DNA of 64,000 nucleotides from Orbicella franksi (Eukaryota): NCBI GenBank assembly GCA_964199315.1, contig OZ116707.1, positions 17,546,001 to 17,610,000 of the forward strand, read 5' to 3'. Shown piece by piece: positions 52,137 to 64,000 of this stretch (position 1 is its first letter; each line of letters starts with the position of its first letter). The notes under the pieces were generated by a model. It saw only the letters and a program-made list of their open reading frames with translations, ran no database searches and was not told where the DNA came from. The position numbers and the translations under genes were made by a program.

Positions 52137-53584
52137 ATGGAGAACCAAGCCGTTGTTTAGTTTCTCTTGTTACATTTCTTCTCATCCCAGCTTTGCTTCC
52201 AAAAAGTGACTGCTTCACAGGACCTTTGCCACTTGGAAAAAGATAATTACAAGGAAAGGTTGGTTTTTGTTATGTTTGGGTTTTTTTCGTTGTTACACCC
52301 AGCGCAAAACGTCTTGTACGCTTAGCCTGGTACTTCTTTTACTTCAGTGTATTATTTGAATATTGTATTATGTTTGACCTCGCATTTATCTCAACTTTGT
52401 TTCTGCGAGGATATCTTAGGAACCATATCGCTTTTGAAATATCCTGGACTCCGAAATGTTCCAGGCCCAGAAATCATCCCAAATTGTGTCGGACATGATC
52501 CCAACCCCAAATGTTCCCCACGTTTTTCCAAACTGGACTTAGAATGATCCCGAAGTAGTTTTTGAACAGGAACAAAGTTCTATTAAAAGGACCATCCAAT
52601 GACTCAGTACATTTTTGCAAGTGAGATAATGTCTTTTTCGGGCAGAAGGTTCATATAGATAAGCTTTGCCAGCGTTCTCCAGTAGGGCGAAGACCGTAAT
52701 CAAGACTAGCAGTATATAGTTTTTCTCGCTTTACATGTTACCTAATCTTTGGTATACTTGAACTATCGTTTAACAAATTTTTCCCATACCTGCGAGTATT
52801 TTCAACTTTTATGGCGTCGTCCAAAGTCACTAAGTAAAATGAGAAGCACTGCAAAGGATAAGTAGTCGAAACAGACGAGTAATATTGGAAAAAAAAATCT
52901 TACTCCAAAATCAAATGAACACTCGCGTTTCGGGAGAATTTGTTCATTCACTTGATAACGGTAAAACGGGCAATATATTGTGAGTTTTTAGGTAAAACGT
53001 TTAGACTTCTCCACATCGAGCTCTTAGTGATCAACCCGGGCGAAATCATAGCGTGAGTTGGCAAGTTCGTAAATTTCCCCCACTCCCGAAGCCAATGAAA
53101 CGGCAGGATTCAGAGCGTTCCGCGCGCTCACAGACTGAAAAAAAAAACCACTCTTTCAAGATGCTCGCTTAGGCGATGCTCGCTTATTGTAAATAACCAA
53201 GTTTGGCGCATCCACCCCAAGGATACGTATAAGAAAAATAAGAAAGGTATATGGTCAGGTGGATGAAAATAGGAATTTTCAAAACATTACGAAGCCAAAA
53301 CAAGGAAAACAATGAACGGATATCCAACTAATAATTCTGTAGGTTGAAAAGGAAATTTAGATACATTTTAATTAAAACAGGACCAAGCGAAACTCATGCA
53401 CGCCGCACTGAAACACTCAATGCTGCTCAACAATTTTTACTATTAATCTTTTAATTTTCTTCTAAAGTTCAAAAGAGTGGAAAGTAACGTGTGCATTGTG
53501 GCGAGAAGACTTGGATGCGGGGGAATGGAACAGAGCGTCTATGACGACCGCAACGAACAACAAGGAAATAGAGCCGAATACTGA
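52137..53584 (+). pseudogene. Prepropeptide gene C (frameshift and stops); exons 52137-52258 and 53468-53584
   Basis: A 5-bp insertion in the signal sequence gives TAG at codon 8, and FTGPLPL-GKR is followed by TAA. Exon 2 reads FKRVESNVCIVARRLGCGGMEQSVYDDRNEQQGNRAEY*. Confidence 0.85.
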
Positions 53585-56079
53585 TTAACGCTGAATTGCA
53601 TTATAATTCGGGAGAATCAGAAGATGATACTAATAACATGGGATAAATACTGATAAATTGTAAGAAGTATAAAATAAAGCAATCGTCATAGCTGCAACAT
53701 TGCTTTCTCATTCACTTATCAAGTCATTTTTTGCGGCGTTCGGCTGACGTCCTAAGAAGCAGACTCTAATTTTATTATGCTAATGTTCCTTGTAATTCGC
53801 TGACTTACTGGCTGACAGACCGACCGACTGACTGATAGACGGATAGATTTCGTTAATGTTTTTCGATATTTATTCCATTTAAAGAAAAGACACTTGTGCC
53901 TTCAGTTACAGACCCTCGTTTTATATTCTTCTCATCAGTTATTTGAATACTTCCGTTTTGATGTTATCAAGGCTTTGTTTCGTAAATCAAAGCCTTCGTA
54001 AATCAATATTTGGGTTCTTCTGCAATACCATAAATATGTTTTAGCTATCAATAATAAATAGTAGAGGGCATTTGTTACTATAATACCTGCAATAGGATCT
54101 TTCGAGGTAAGATGTAAAACTTCTTTTGATAGAGAGTAAAAAAAAATTAAAATGTTTGGAGTGTATACAATCAAAAAGAAGATGGAATAAGATTTCTGGC
54201 TCATACTTACAAAAGGAATATTTTACCTCTGCTATTTGATTTATGGTAACAAAAATTAAAGGCTGGGTTCAAATGACTCGCAACGACTGGCCAGGTGTTT
54301 TAATTTGTAGTACAACTTAAACTTAACTCAAAATATAATTTTAGATAATTTAACCGATGAACTGAATGCAAGTAAACTTTGAACAATTTCTAGCGATTAG
54401 ATAGTAATAAAACATAGGCAATATAAATAAAAGAAAGAGGCTTCACCAAAACAACATTTCTATTAACGTAATTTGATTGGCTTCCAAGCAAGCTTTGCCG
54501 GAGACTTTTTTTGTTTATAACTGACACGATCTGACACCTGTCAATTACAAAGCAAGAAGGAAAAAAACGCATGTACACTTTTGAATGAACAGTTCAGGTT
54601 GCAGCATGGCAAACAAACTCCAGCTGAATGACTGTATTACAAATACTTTTTTTTTCAAAAACGTAGAAATCATCAAAGAGGAAGAGCTTTTCAAAGAACT
54701 TGGATTAAAATCAGTATGCTGCCTAGCATTTTTAACATTATTTTGCGTTATTTCGGGTAGCCACCACCCCTATCATTTTGTTTCTAGAAAAACATTCTAA
54801 CTTCTAACTCTGGGGTGAAATAAAAGTTTTTTTCGTTGGTGGTGGTGGTGTTGTTTTTGTTTGCCAACGCAAGCGCCTGAGAGAACTCCTGGTCGAAATG
54901 ACTCTTTAGGATAGGTTTAGGGAGAATCACCGGTACAGTGCTGCACTCTTGGACACGGCTGCTTACTGTAGATGACTGAATGCTCTGTCCACCGGTCCAC
55001 CTTAAAATCGAGCACATTTTTCCCTGATGCTCAACCGACGCTGCTTTGTACTGAGTAAGAATCAAGGCTCTTCAAATTTCTTTAACCGCTTAGTAACTGT
55101 GCATTGGAGTGTTTTAGGAGTTTCAATCGCCAAATTCACCGGAGAGAAGCAACAGATCTTCTTCAACATCGGATAGTTCTTTCGCAGCATGAGGGCGATT
55201 ATCGTTCGCTTCCTCAACAAACAGATGTTTCTCTTTGAAATAAGAAGTTCCCTGGATTTATCAAATTCTCGGTCTGAAAGTGAAGAATGATCATCGCAGT
55301 AGGCTTCTTCTTTCCAATTGGTTAAACTGGAGAATTTACTGCGATGATCATTCTTCACTTTCATCTATACAACCGCAGTTCAAATATGAAATATTTCATA
55401 TATACTTTACAAAACTCACGGTCTGTAAGAAAGTTTATTTTTGGAGTTCTTTTCGTTTAAAATAACGCTTCAGGCTTCTTTGAAAAGATTACTCAGGTTG
55501 CCGCGTAGGTGGCCCATAAGCCCGTCATCTTTCTTTTCATGCGCATAGCAAGATGTTTAGCTCGTCCGCAGAGAAGTCCTTAGTATTTTCTTGCCTCGCC
55601 CACCTCAAGAAATAATCGTTTCCAAACTTTTAAGCAGTAAATTGTTTTTCTCACAGCGCTTTCCGTTCAATATGATAAAATATACATTTTGCTCACTCGC
55701 TATTGAAAGAAGTAAATCTGAGCACTTTGATGGTTTTCCGGTTTTCGTCTTGAAGCGAACCGATTGTCATTGTAATTTTGTCATTGTAATCTCGTCGGGT
55801 ATGAAAACTCGCTCTATTTCGCTGTGAGTCTTTTCGTCTGAGTCCATATCCAAATTTTTACTTGTCGTAATGAAAAGTTGAAAGGTTTTACACGATAAGA
55901 ATGTTTATAAATTAAACAACGTAGCGAGCGATATAATCGACGACTCATGACGCAACGATACCTCCCGCCGTCAAAATTCCGCGCTCTTTAATGCGCATTG
56001 AGAAATAAATAGATAAAGAGACGAGATATATGGATATTATGAAAAGGGTTTTGAATAGCCTACTCCACTTCATTCCAGA

Positions 56080-57074
56080 ATGAAGAGCCAAGCTGTCGTT
56101 TCTCTTGTTACATTTCTTCTTCTCGCAACATCTCTTCCCAAAAGTGACTGTTTTGCAGGAGCTTTGCAATATGGGAAAAGAGAATTTCGAGGACAGGTTA
56201 GTTGTCTTATTATTGACATTATATGGCACTTAATGGACTTGGACCAATTTATTCACCTATCTGTTGGATAGAAATGTGTCATTACGATCTCCTTCTAGAA
56301 AAAAAAATACTATGGAGATATACAATAATAAATAATTAACTAAAATGAGAGTAAAACCTTATTAAAATCAACTTCACAGCTCCTGACTCTATTATTAACG
56401 ATCTTAGTAAGAACCTTCATAAAGACGTGATCTCAGATAACCAAAATCGGCACAACCGCCCCAAGTATACTTTTAAGAAAAGATAAGATGGGCTTATATT
56501 CAAGTGGCTCGGGATCAGTTTAAAGGATTAAGATGCCAGAGCATGGAAAAAAAAATATTAAGTAGATATTCAACTGGTAATTGCAGATTTAAAAGCTGAC
56601 AAGATGTGAACGAAACATTGAAAGTAATGGCACCTTTTCCATTTTTTTTTATGGAATATTGTATTTGCTTTTCAAAAATACTCGGTTTTTTTTGTTATCA
56701 TAGGGTTTAAAATAAAACTTGAGTACCTTTAAATTCAACAGCATAAAGCGAAAATCGTGCTTCAGTTCTCATACTCGAAGCTCTGAAAGAGTAAGCATGG
56801 TTTTCAACTCAGTCTGTTTACCCCTCAAAAAGCTCTCAAATCTGTTCAAGGCAAAAAGGGAAACTTATAAATGAGATTTTATGATAATATACATTGCAGT
56901 TTTTATTGTTTCTTTTTTTTCTTTTTTTATCTTTTTAATTTTCCTCTACAGTTCAAACGATCTAGAGTCCAAGGTAACGTGTGTCTTATGGCAAGAACTC
57001 TTGGATGCGGACGAATGGAACAGAGCGTCTATGACGACCGCAATGAACAACAAGGAAAGCCAAAAGAATACTGA
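56080..57074 (+). CDS. Prepropeptide gene D, intact; exons 56080-56196 and 56952-57074; 79 aa
   Basis: MKSQAVVSLVTFLLLATSLPKSDC-FAGALQY-GKR-EFRGQ|FKR-SRVQGNVCLMARTLGCGRMEQSVYDDRNEQQGKPKEY*, with a canonical GT...CAG phase-0 intron. Confidence 0.85.
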
Positions 57075-57338
57075 ACCTTGCAAACTCCGAAGAATCATAT
57101 CGTGATAATTATAAAACATTATGATAAATGTACTGAATAAAGTAACTGGCAATTATTTCTACAGTACCTTTAATATTATTACTGCAGCACTAATTTGTCA
57201 CTCACTTTTCAAGTCATTTTTCCCGGTCTTATGGCAAACATGCCATCAGGATAATAAATGCATTACAGGGACCATTTGAACTATGCTAACGTTACTCGTA
57301 ATATAATGACTTACTGACTTACTAACTTACTGATGATC

Positions 57339-59831
57339 AACAACAACAAGTAGCTTTATTTGCATGACCATAAACACATACCGTGTTGCAAAAGCTTTTG
57401 TAAACAAAAACTAAAATAGTAACAATTATCGTGATCATATAATAATATCATGATATAGCAATCAAGTTACATTGGTTTGATTTGAAAGTAGAATACTGCG
57501 TAGATCAAAGCAAGATGAAATAAATTTTGCTAAGTGAATATTAATAAAATGATTTGAGGAGGTCATAAATTCGCCGATGGCCTGTAACGAAGATAATTGT
57601 TTAAAAGTCGGAATGATATGTTCTATTTTTTTATAAAATTTATTCCTTAGAATAGAGTATTTATTGCAGTATATACGAAAGTGAGATTCGTCTTCAATTT
57701 GATTAGATTCACAAATAGGGCAGAGTCTGTTAACCCAGAGAGTCTGTTAACCCATATCTACCAGTCTCAATCCTTAGTTTGTGATTGCCTATCCCAAATT
57801 TCACTAGTTGTTTTCTTTCGCTTAGTTCGCTTGTTAGACCTAAATAAGAAGAGGCTGTATAATCGTTCTTAAAAGTGTTGAAAAATTTTCGTTTAGTAGA
57901 GTTTTGCATGGTATGTTGCCAATATAAAATATGCTTTTGCTGCATTAGGCCAACATAATGTTTAATTTTAGCGTTAGTTAAGTGCCCATAACGTCAATTT
58001 TTTTGCTTTCTTATCTGATTCTTCATAACACCCAATTAACTTTCTCGAAAAATTTTTTCGATTTGCATAAAACGCATTTTTTTTTATAATTGTTAAAGAC
58101 GTTCGAATTTGCCACCACTTTGGTCCACCATTCGCACCAGTCTTCCTCGGTTTGAAATGAGTCGTGACGTAGGTTCAGGGACACGTGATTTGGGTCGTGA
58201 CTTATCTGACTTGAAAACAAGTGGGTATTTTGCTTCAGAGTTGTCTACATTTAGTTAAAAAGGCCGGAAAGGTGCGTTGCCGCTCTTTGTCGCACGCGAC
58301 GTAAATATTCATATGCACTAAAGGTCAAGTGAGATTCCTGAACCTACGTCACAGGTATCAGTCACGTGGCCATTTCGAGCACGTTATTCTTGTGATCAGC
58401 GGCAGGGGTCGACCGCAAGGAAATAGAATTTTGAACTTTCTAAAAATTCGTAAAAAAAAAAATTGCGTTTTATCCTAATCGAAATTTTTTTTCGCAGAAG
58501 TTCATTAGGTGAAATGTAGAATTAGATGAGCGAAAAAAAAAATTGACATGATGGGCACTTTTTAAGTACGTGAGATCAAACCAAGGGAAAATGACATACT
58601 TATTGTATTAGGATAACAACTATTTTTACCAGCGTGCTGAAGATCTTGCGACATGAGAAAGATTTTTTTAACAATAGAGCAATTATCCTTACTTATAAGA
58701 TATTTTTGATTAATTCATGATTTTCTGATTGAACTACCAAGTTCAGCTCTACATGCTACATTGCCTACCTTATTGCTTTCTTCTAAATAACGTTTTTTCG
58801 GTCTGGCAACTGTCCCAAGACTTGAGATCAGATTTTGCATATGCACCCCAGACTTCACTGTTATATGTCAAAATTGGGGAGATCATTGCGTCGAAAATTT
58901 TATTCGCTAGGAATGGAGGTAGTTTGCTGAAATTTGTGTGTTTTTAAGACTGAAAAGGGCGTGAAGGGCCTTTTCTTTCAATTTATCAAGTGCCAATGAA
59001 AAGTTACCCGTTGAAGAAATGAGTGTTCCCAAGTAAGTATAATTTTGAGCAATTTCAACAGGCTCATTGTCGATATGAAAATTAGACTCGATACATTTCT
59101 TTGCACGTTTTTGAAAGATCATAACTTTGGTTTTTTTTGGATTGATACTTAATATCCATGTACTGCAATAGCATGATAATCATGACAATATGACTAAATC
59201 GTCTGCATATAAAAGTGAATTTAATTTTGCGCCGTTTGGTAGGACAAAGGGATCAGATAGAATTTTTTCAAAAGAGAATGGGATATCATTAATAAAGAGG
59301 TTGAACAGTAACGGGCCCAAAATACAACCTTGGCGTACTCCTCTTGCGTATGGAAAGGGCCGTGTTTGATTTTAAACATTCCCAGAGGTGCTTATTGTCT
59401 GAGTCTTCTGTATTTTCTTCTGCAGTGATTTTTGAGATGTAGTAATATTTTTTTTCCTTATTCAGTAGCTTTTTGTATCCTCTTAAAGTATCATGATATT
59501 GCTCTCGTAAGTTTGCATTTAAAGGATCTCTGTGTTTTTGGTTTGAATTTTTCCTTAGCTTGTGTTTCTTAAAGCGGCATTCTTTATTAAACCATTTTTC
59601 GCTTGATTACGGTTTCATTTTTTACGATTTTTTCTTATTCCTATCTTTAAACATCTTTTAGCTGCTGAAATTAACATGTTTTCTACTTTTCCAAGCGAGG
59701 TGTTGACATCTTCATTGTGAATGTCATCCTCACTGTAGCCTCGTATGAGCATTTGGAGATCTGGTGAACGTAAGATATCTTTGAATTTTGTAGCAGAATC
59801 ATTTTCCCAGAGAAACTGCATAGGAAGACGA
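57339..59831 (-). mobile_element. Degraded, 5'-truncated LINE inserted in the 3' flank of gene D
   Basis: (AAC)n tail at 57339, plus GVRQGCILGPLLFNLFIND...LLYADDLVI and GNHKLRIETGRY motifs. gatc flanks both ends, and the flank shared with paralogs B and C resumes at 59832. Confidence 0.85.
57978..58565. mobile_element. TIR element nested in the LINE, probably TTAA-targeting
   Basis: ttaagtgcccataacgtcaatttttt / aaaaaattgacatgatgggcactttttaa. Confidence 0.5.
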
Positions 59832-60215
59832 GATCGACCGACCGACCACCGACCAACTGACCGACTGACTGAAAGATGGATAGATTTCATCACAGGGCGA
59901 CTTCTCGATCCGGGCCACGTAGACGAAAACTAACCAATCAAAACGTAAACTGAGATCAATGGACTGGTAGCTTCTCGTGACGGTAAGTAACGGTCTGTTT
60001 GACTTGAAAACATAAACACTATCGAGGTAAAAGAGGTACTTGTGCCTTAAGTTACAGACACTCGTTTTGTATTCTTATCAGTCATTTGAATAATTTAGTT
60101 CTGATGGTATGAAGGCTTTATTTATGTCTGAACATTATTCATTTTTTCATTTACACCCAAGTACAAGGGAGGAAACAAGCATCAATATTTAAATTTCCTT
60201 CAGTCCTTTTCTTCA

Positions 60216-60492
60216 TTTTCTGTTAATTCACCAGCATCGCTTTGTGCAACTTTGGTCCTTTTTCGGGCATCCAACACCTCTACATAGAGACCCTCCACTC
60301 GATGTAAACTGTAAAACAGAAACAATACAACAATCTTTTATTTCGTGCCCAGAAAAATTTTACAATAAAAATAAATGCGTGCAATGTGAAAATATAACGA
60401 TGAAAAACAGAACACAGCCACTTAGAAATAGGTAAGGCTAATCGAGCTAAGTGGCTGGGCCAAGCGGAAAAAAATATTGCAATAAAGTTACA

Positions 60493-60562
<70 letters not shown>

Positions 60563-61050
60563 GGACACCATTTCAACAACACAATACAAATGTTATTTAC
60601 ACTCCTAAATGAGGGTTTTCTATTGCTCCTTTGGCCACTACACACCTTCCTCTTATTTAATATAATTTTGCACTTCTTTTTTTTCTGCATTCAGTATTTT
60701 TGTTAATTAAATTAATTTTACATAACTGAAATAAGTGTAAATAAATTGAATTGAATTAAAATTTCTTCATTTTCTGTTAATTCTGTTAATTCACCAGCAT
60801 CGCTTTGTGCGACTTTGGTCCTATTTTCGGGCATCCAACACCTCCACATAGAGATCTCCCACTCACTGTGAACTGTAAAACAGAAAAAACACAATACAAA
60901 TGTTATGAACACTCCCAAATGAGGCTTTTCTATTGCTCCTTTGGCCACTACACACTTTCCTCTTATTTAATTCAATTTTGCATTTCTTTTTTTCTGCATT
61001 CAGTATTTTTGTTCATTAAATTAATTTTACATAACTGAAATAAGTGTAAA
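60216..61050. repeat. Local tandem duplication (~60216-60745 and ~60780-61050) with an (AT)n microsatellite at 60495-60556 in the first copy
   Basis: Both copies start ttctgttaattcaccagcatcgctttgtgc and end cataactgaaataagtgtaaataa. Confidence 0.85.
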
Positions 61051-61053
61051 TAA

Positions 61054-61718
61054 GGCCCGTTCCAAACGCCGCTCCATTCATGCGCCGAACCTAACTGATG
61101 AGTTAAGTACGGCAAAAGAGCGGCGTTTGAATCAGTTTGGTTCGGCAGGTTAGGTTTGGTGCGGCAAACAACATTAAATTCGGCAGGGTCTGTCGCACTA
61201 TGCAACGTTGGAGCAGCAGCTGATTCATAAGGCGTTCTCCTCATGTGTCGAACCTAATGCATAAATTACTGTAATGTATTTTTCATATAACGGGACTCGT
61301 GATTGGGTCAAAATTAAGTGGCTTGAGCAGCCGCGGGACTGTATAAGCAAGTTTCTTTAGTGCAAATTCATTTTTGGCTTTTTCTTCGTGATAATAGCCG
61401 AGCTTACGAGATTCCCCTTTAACAAGTCGAATTAACCGGGAGAAAAGCTGTCTAAATACAAGTACTGAACCTTGAGTCTGAATTTGCTTCCCTAAATATT
61501 GCTATAACAGCGAAATGTTAGCCATAGCTTTTCTATTTGGACAGAGTTCTTGAATTCGGAACGTATATTTTTTCGTCGAAAATTGTTACCATCGGTTTCT
61601 CGAATTAAGTTCGACGCAAGTACGCCGTCTGAACCAGCCGTCGCTCCAAAGTCGCTCTAAAGTCGAACTTAATCAAGTTTGGTTCGGCACATGAGTGGAA
61701 CGGCGTTTGGACCGGGCC
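61054..61718 (-). mobile_element. Second copy of the Harbinger-type element, inverted (right inversion breakpoint)
   Basis: Reverse complement of 40833-41481 with scattered substitutions and a ~16-bp indel. In element orientation the flanks are TAA on the left and TTA on the right. Confidence 0.9.
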
Positions 61719-62801
61719 TTACAGAATTATTAGTTGGATATCCGTTCATTGTTTTTCTTGTTTTGGCTCCGTAATGTTTTGAGAACTTCTATTTTCAGCC
61801 ACCTGACCATATACCTATCTTATTTTTGTTATACGTATCCTTGGGGTGGACGCGCCAAACTTGGTTATTTACAATAAGCGAGCAACACCTAATTGAGCAT
61901 CTTGAAAGAGTGTTTTTTTTTAGTGCGTGAGCGCGCGGAACACTCTGAATCCTGCCGTTTCATTGGCTTCGGGAGTGGGGCAAATTTAGGAACTTGCCAA
62001 CTGACGCTATGATTCCGCCCGGGTTGATCAAGCAGAGCTCGATGTGGAAGTCTAAACGTTTTACCTAAAAAGCTCACAATATATTGCCGTTTTACCGTTC
62101 TCAAGTGAATGAAGAAATTCTCCCGAAAGGCGAGTGTTCATTTGATTTTGGAGTAAGAATTATTTCTCAAAATTACTCGTCAGTTTGTACTGCTGATCCT
62201 TTGCAGTGCTTCTAATTTTACTTAGTAACTTTGGACGACGCCATAAAAGCTGAAAATACTCGCGGGTATAGAAAAACATTTATTAAATGATAGTTCAAGT
62301 ATACCAAAGATTAGGTAACATGTAAAGCGAGAAAAACTATATACTACTAGGTCTTGAGTACGGTCTTCGCCCTACCGGAGAACGATGGCAAAGCTAATCT
62401 ATATGGACCTTCTGCCCGAAAAGGACATTATCTCACTTGCAAAAATGTACTGAGGCATTGGATGGTCCTTTTAATGGAACTCTGTTCCTGTTCAAAAACT
62501 ACTTGGGGATCATTCTAAGTCCAGTTTGGAAAAACGTGGGGAACATTTAGGGTTGGGATCATGTCGGACTCAATTTGGGATGATTTCTGGGCCTGGAACA
62601 TTTCGGAGTCCGGGATATTTCAAAAGCGATATAGTTCTTAACATAAACTCGCAGAAACAAAATTGAGATAAATGCAAGGTGCCTAACATAATGCAATAGT
62701 CAAATAATACACTGAAGTAAAAGAAGTACCAGGCTGAGCGTATACAAGACGTTTTGCGCTGGGTGTAACAACGGAAAAAACCCAAACATAACAAAACCAA
62801 C

Positions 62802-62915
62802 CTTTCCTTGCAATTCTCTTTTTCCCGATGGCAAAGGTCCTGAAAAGCACTCACTTTTAGGAAGCAAAGCTGCGATGAGAAGAAATGCAACAAGAGAAAC
62901 GACGGCTTGGTTCAT
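62802..62915 (-). CDS. Exon 1 of prepropeptide gene E (exon 2 displaced to 41610-41726)
   Basis: MNQAVVSLVAFLLIAALLPKSEC-FSGPLPS-GKR-ELQGK with an intact GT donor. The intron is colinear with that of gene C down to the MITE at 61718. Confidence 0.8.
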
Positions 62916-64000
62916 TCTTTTGATACTTGTAGAGTAGTGGAGTCAGAAATTCAGTAGCTCACAAAATTGCCTTTTGGTTATTAAGAATACTGTTTGACTT
63001 GATATATATAGTTTCAGCCGCCAATGTGGCGCTGTATTCTGCATTCCCATTATACTACCACATTACGTTATCCTAAAGCAAAACAAAAGTCCGACCTATT
63101 AAGTAACCGATTAAAGTTTTAAGCGAAGGAATATAATCCTTACAACTTAAGGTTTCAAAAATGTACCGCTAGTGACAAACTCAGCATTAATAGACCTTTT
63201 TTAGCTTGGGCGGTTTGTTTTCCCATTACAGACCACGTAATATTCTCTTTCATCCATCTTAAAATTATTCATTCATATGCACGTGACCATCTGAAAATAT
63301 GAAAGTAAGAATTCTCAAGATTATCGTTACATGGTCTGAAATTGGGCAGTAAATCACCCAAGCTTAAAAGGTCCATTTTACCCAGCCGAACTTAAGACTA
63401 TGAATGTGTCTATTTTACCGGACTCTTTAGATATAAGGTGGCTTTTTAAAATAAAGGACAAATGGATGGCACAGGCACGCACAGTCAATCAAAATGGCTG
63501 CATTTTACTTCCAGGGACAAAGGTAAAAGCTATTAGTATTTCATTACATCATTTGTGAAATAACTCAACCATTTGGATCATAAATCCTCTTCACCCTTCA
63601 AATGTGTCGGCGATTTTTGATTCTCACTGCTTCCAAGATTCCTCTTTACGTTCATCTGTCTCTTGTGCCGGACATCGAAAAAATATGAATTCCTGTTTGG
63701 GCAGGTGGTGACTGAGAACTTTGCACTGCGATGTCAGATACCACAATTCAGTAAAAAAATCCGTTCACCTGGGCTTTTATCTACACATTAGAAATAATTT
63801 AAATAGAGGTTAGGAGAGCTTCAGTCTCAATTCCTATATAATCACTGAAAACGTCTCCTTATATTCGTTTTTTTATGTACCCATATTAATCGTCTATTTT
63901 TGAAATTCAGAAACAAAATCCGTCCTCCTGGGCTTTTATCTACGCATTAGAAATAATTTAAATAGAGGTTGGAAGAACTGAAGTCTTAATTCTTACATGA

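Overview
AT-rich eukaryotic genomic DNA with spliceosomal introns and many degraded transposons. The repeat families look like those of a stony coral or other anthozoan (inference). Most ORFs in the supplied track are spurious, and the real genes are short and spliced. Main content: (1) three type-1 cystatin (stefin) genes on the minus strand; two lie in a young ~7.7 kb tandem duplication (10667-26102) and one is an older paralog (31173-33202). (2) A family of five small two-exon secreted prepropeptide genes at 39.2-62.9 kb, built as signal peptide + short peptide + GKR + basic site + C-x7-C domain; only one copy is clearly intact. (3) An apparent ~19.6 kb inversion (41.5-61.05 kb) between two inverted PIF/Harbinger-type MITEs with swapped TTA/TAA target-site duplications, which separates exon 1 and exon 2 of one peptide gene. 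(4) A further candidate peptide precursor at 5.05-5.31 kb. (5) A U6 snRNA copy split by a 926-bp long-TIR element. (6) Penelope-derived hairpins carrying hammerhead-like motifs, two LINE relics with nested MITEs, a tRNA-derived SINE, microsatellites, a 530-N gap and an unidentified multi-exon gene at 36.1-37.8 kb. All coordinates and translations were read by hand and nothing was searched against databases.
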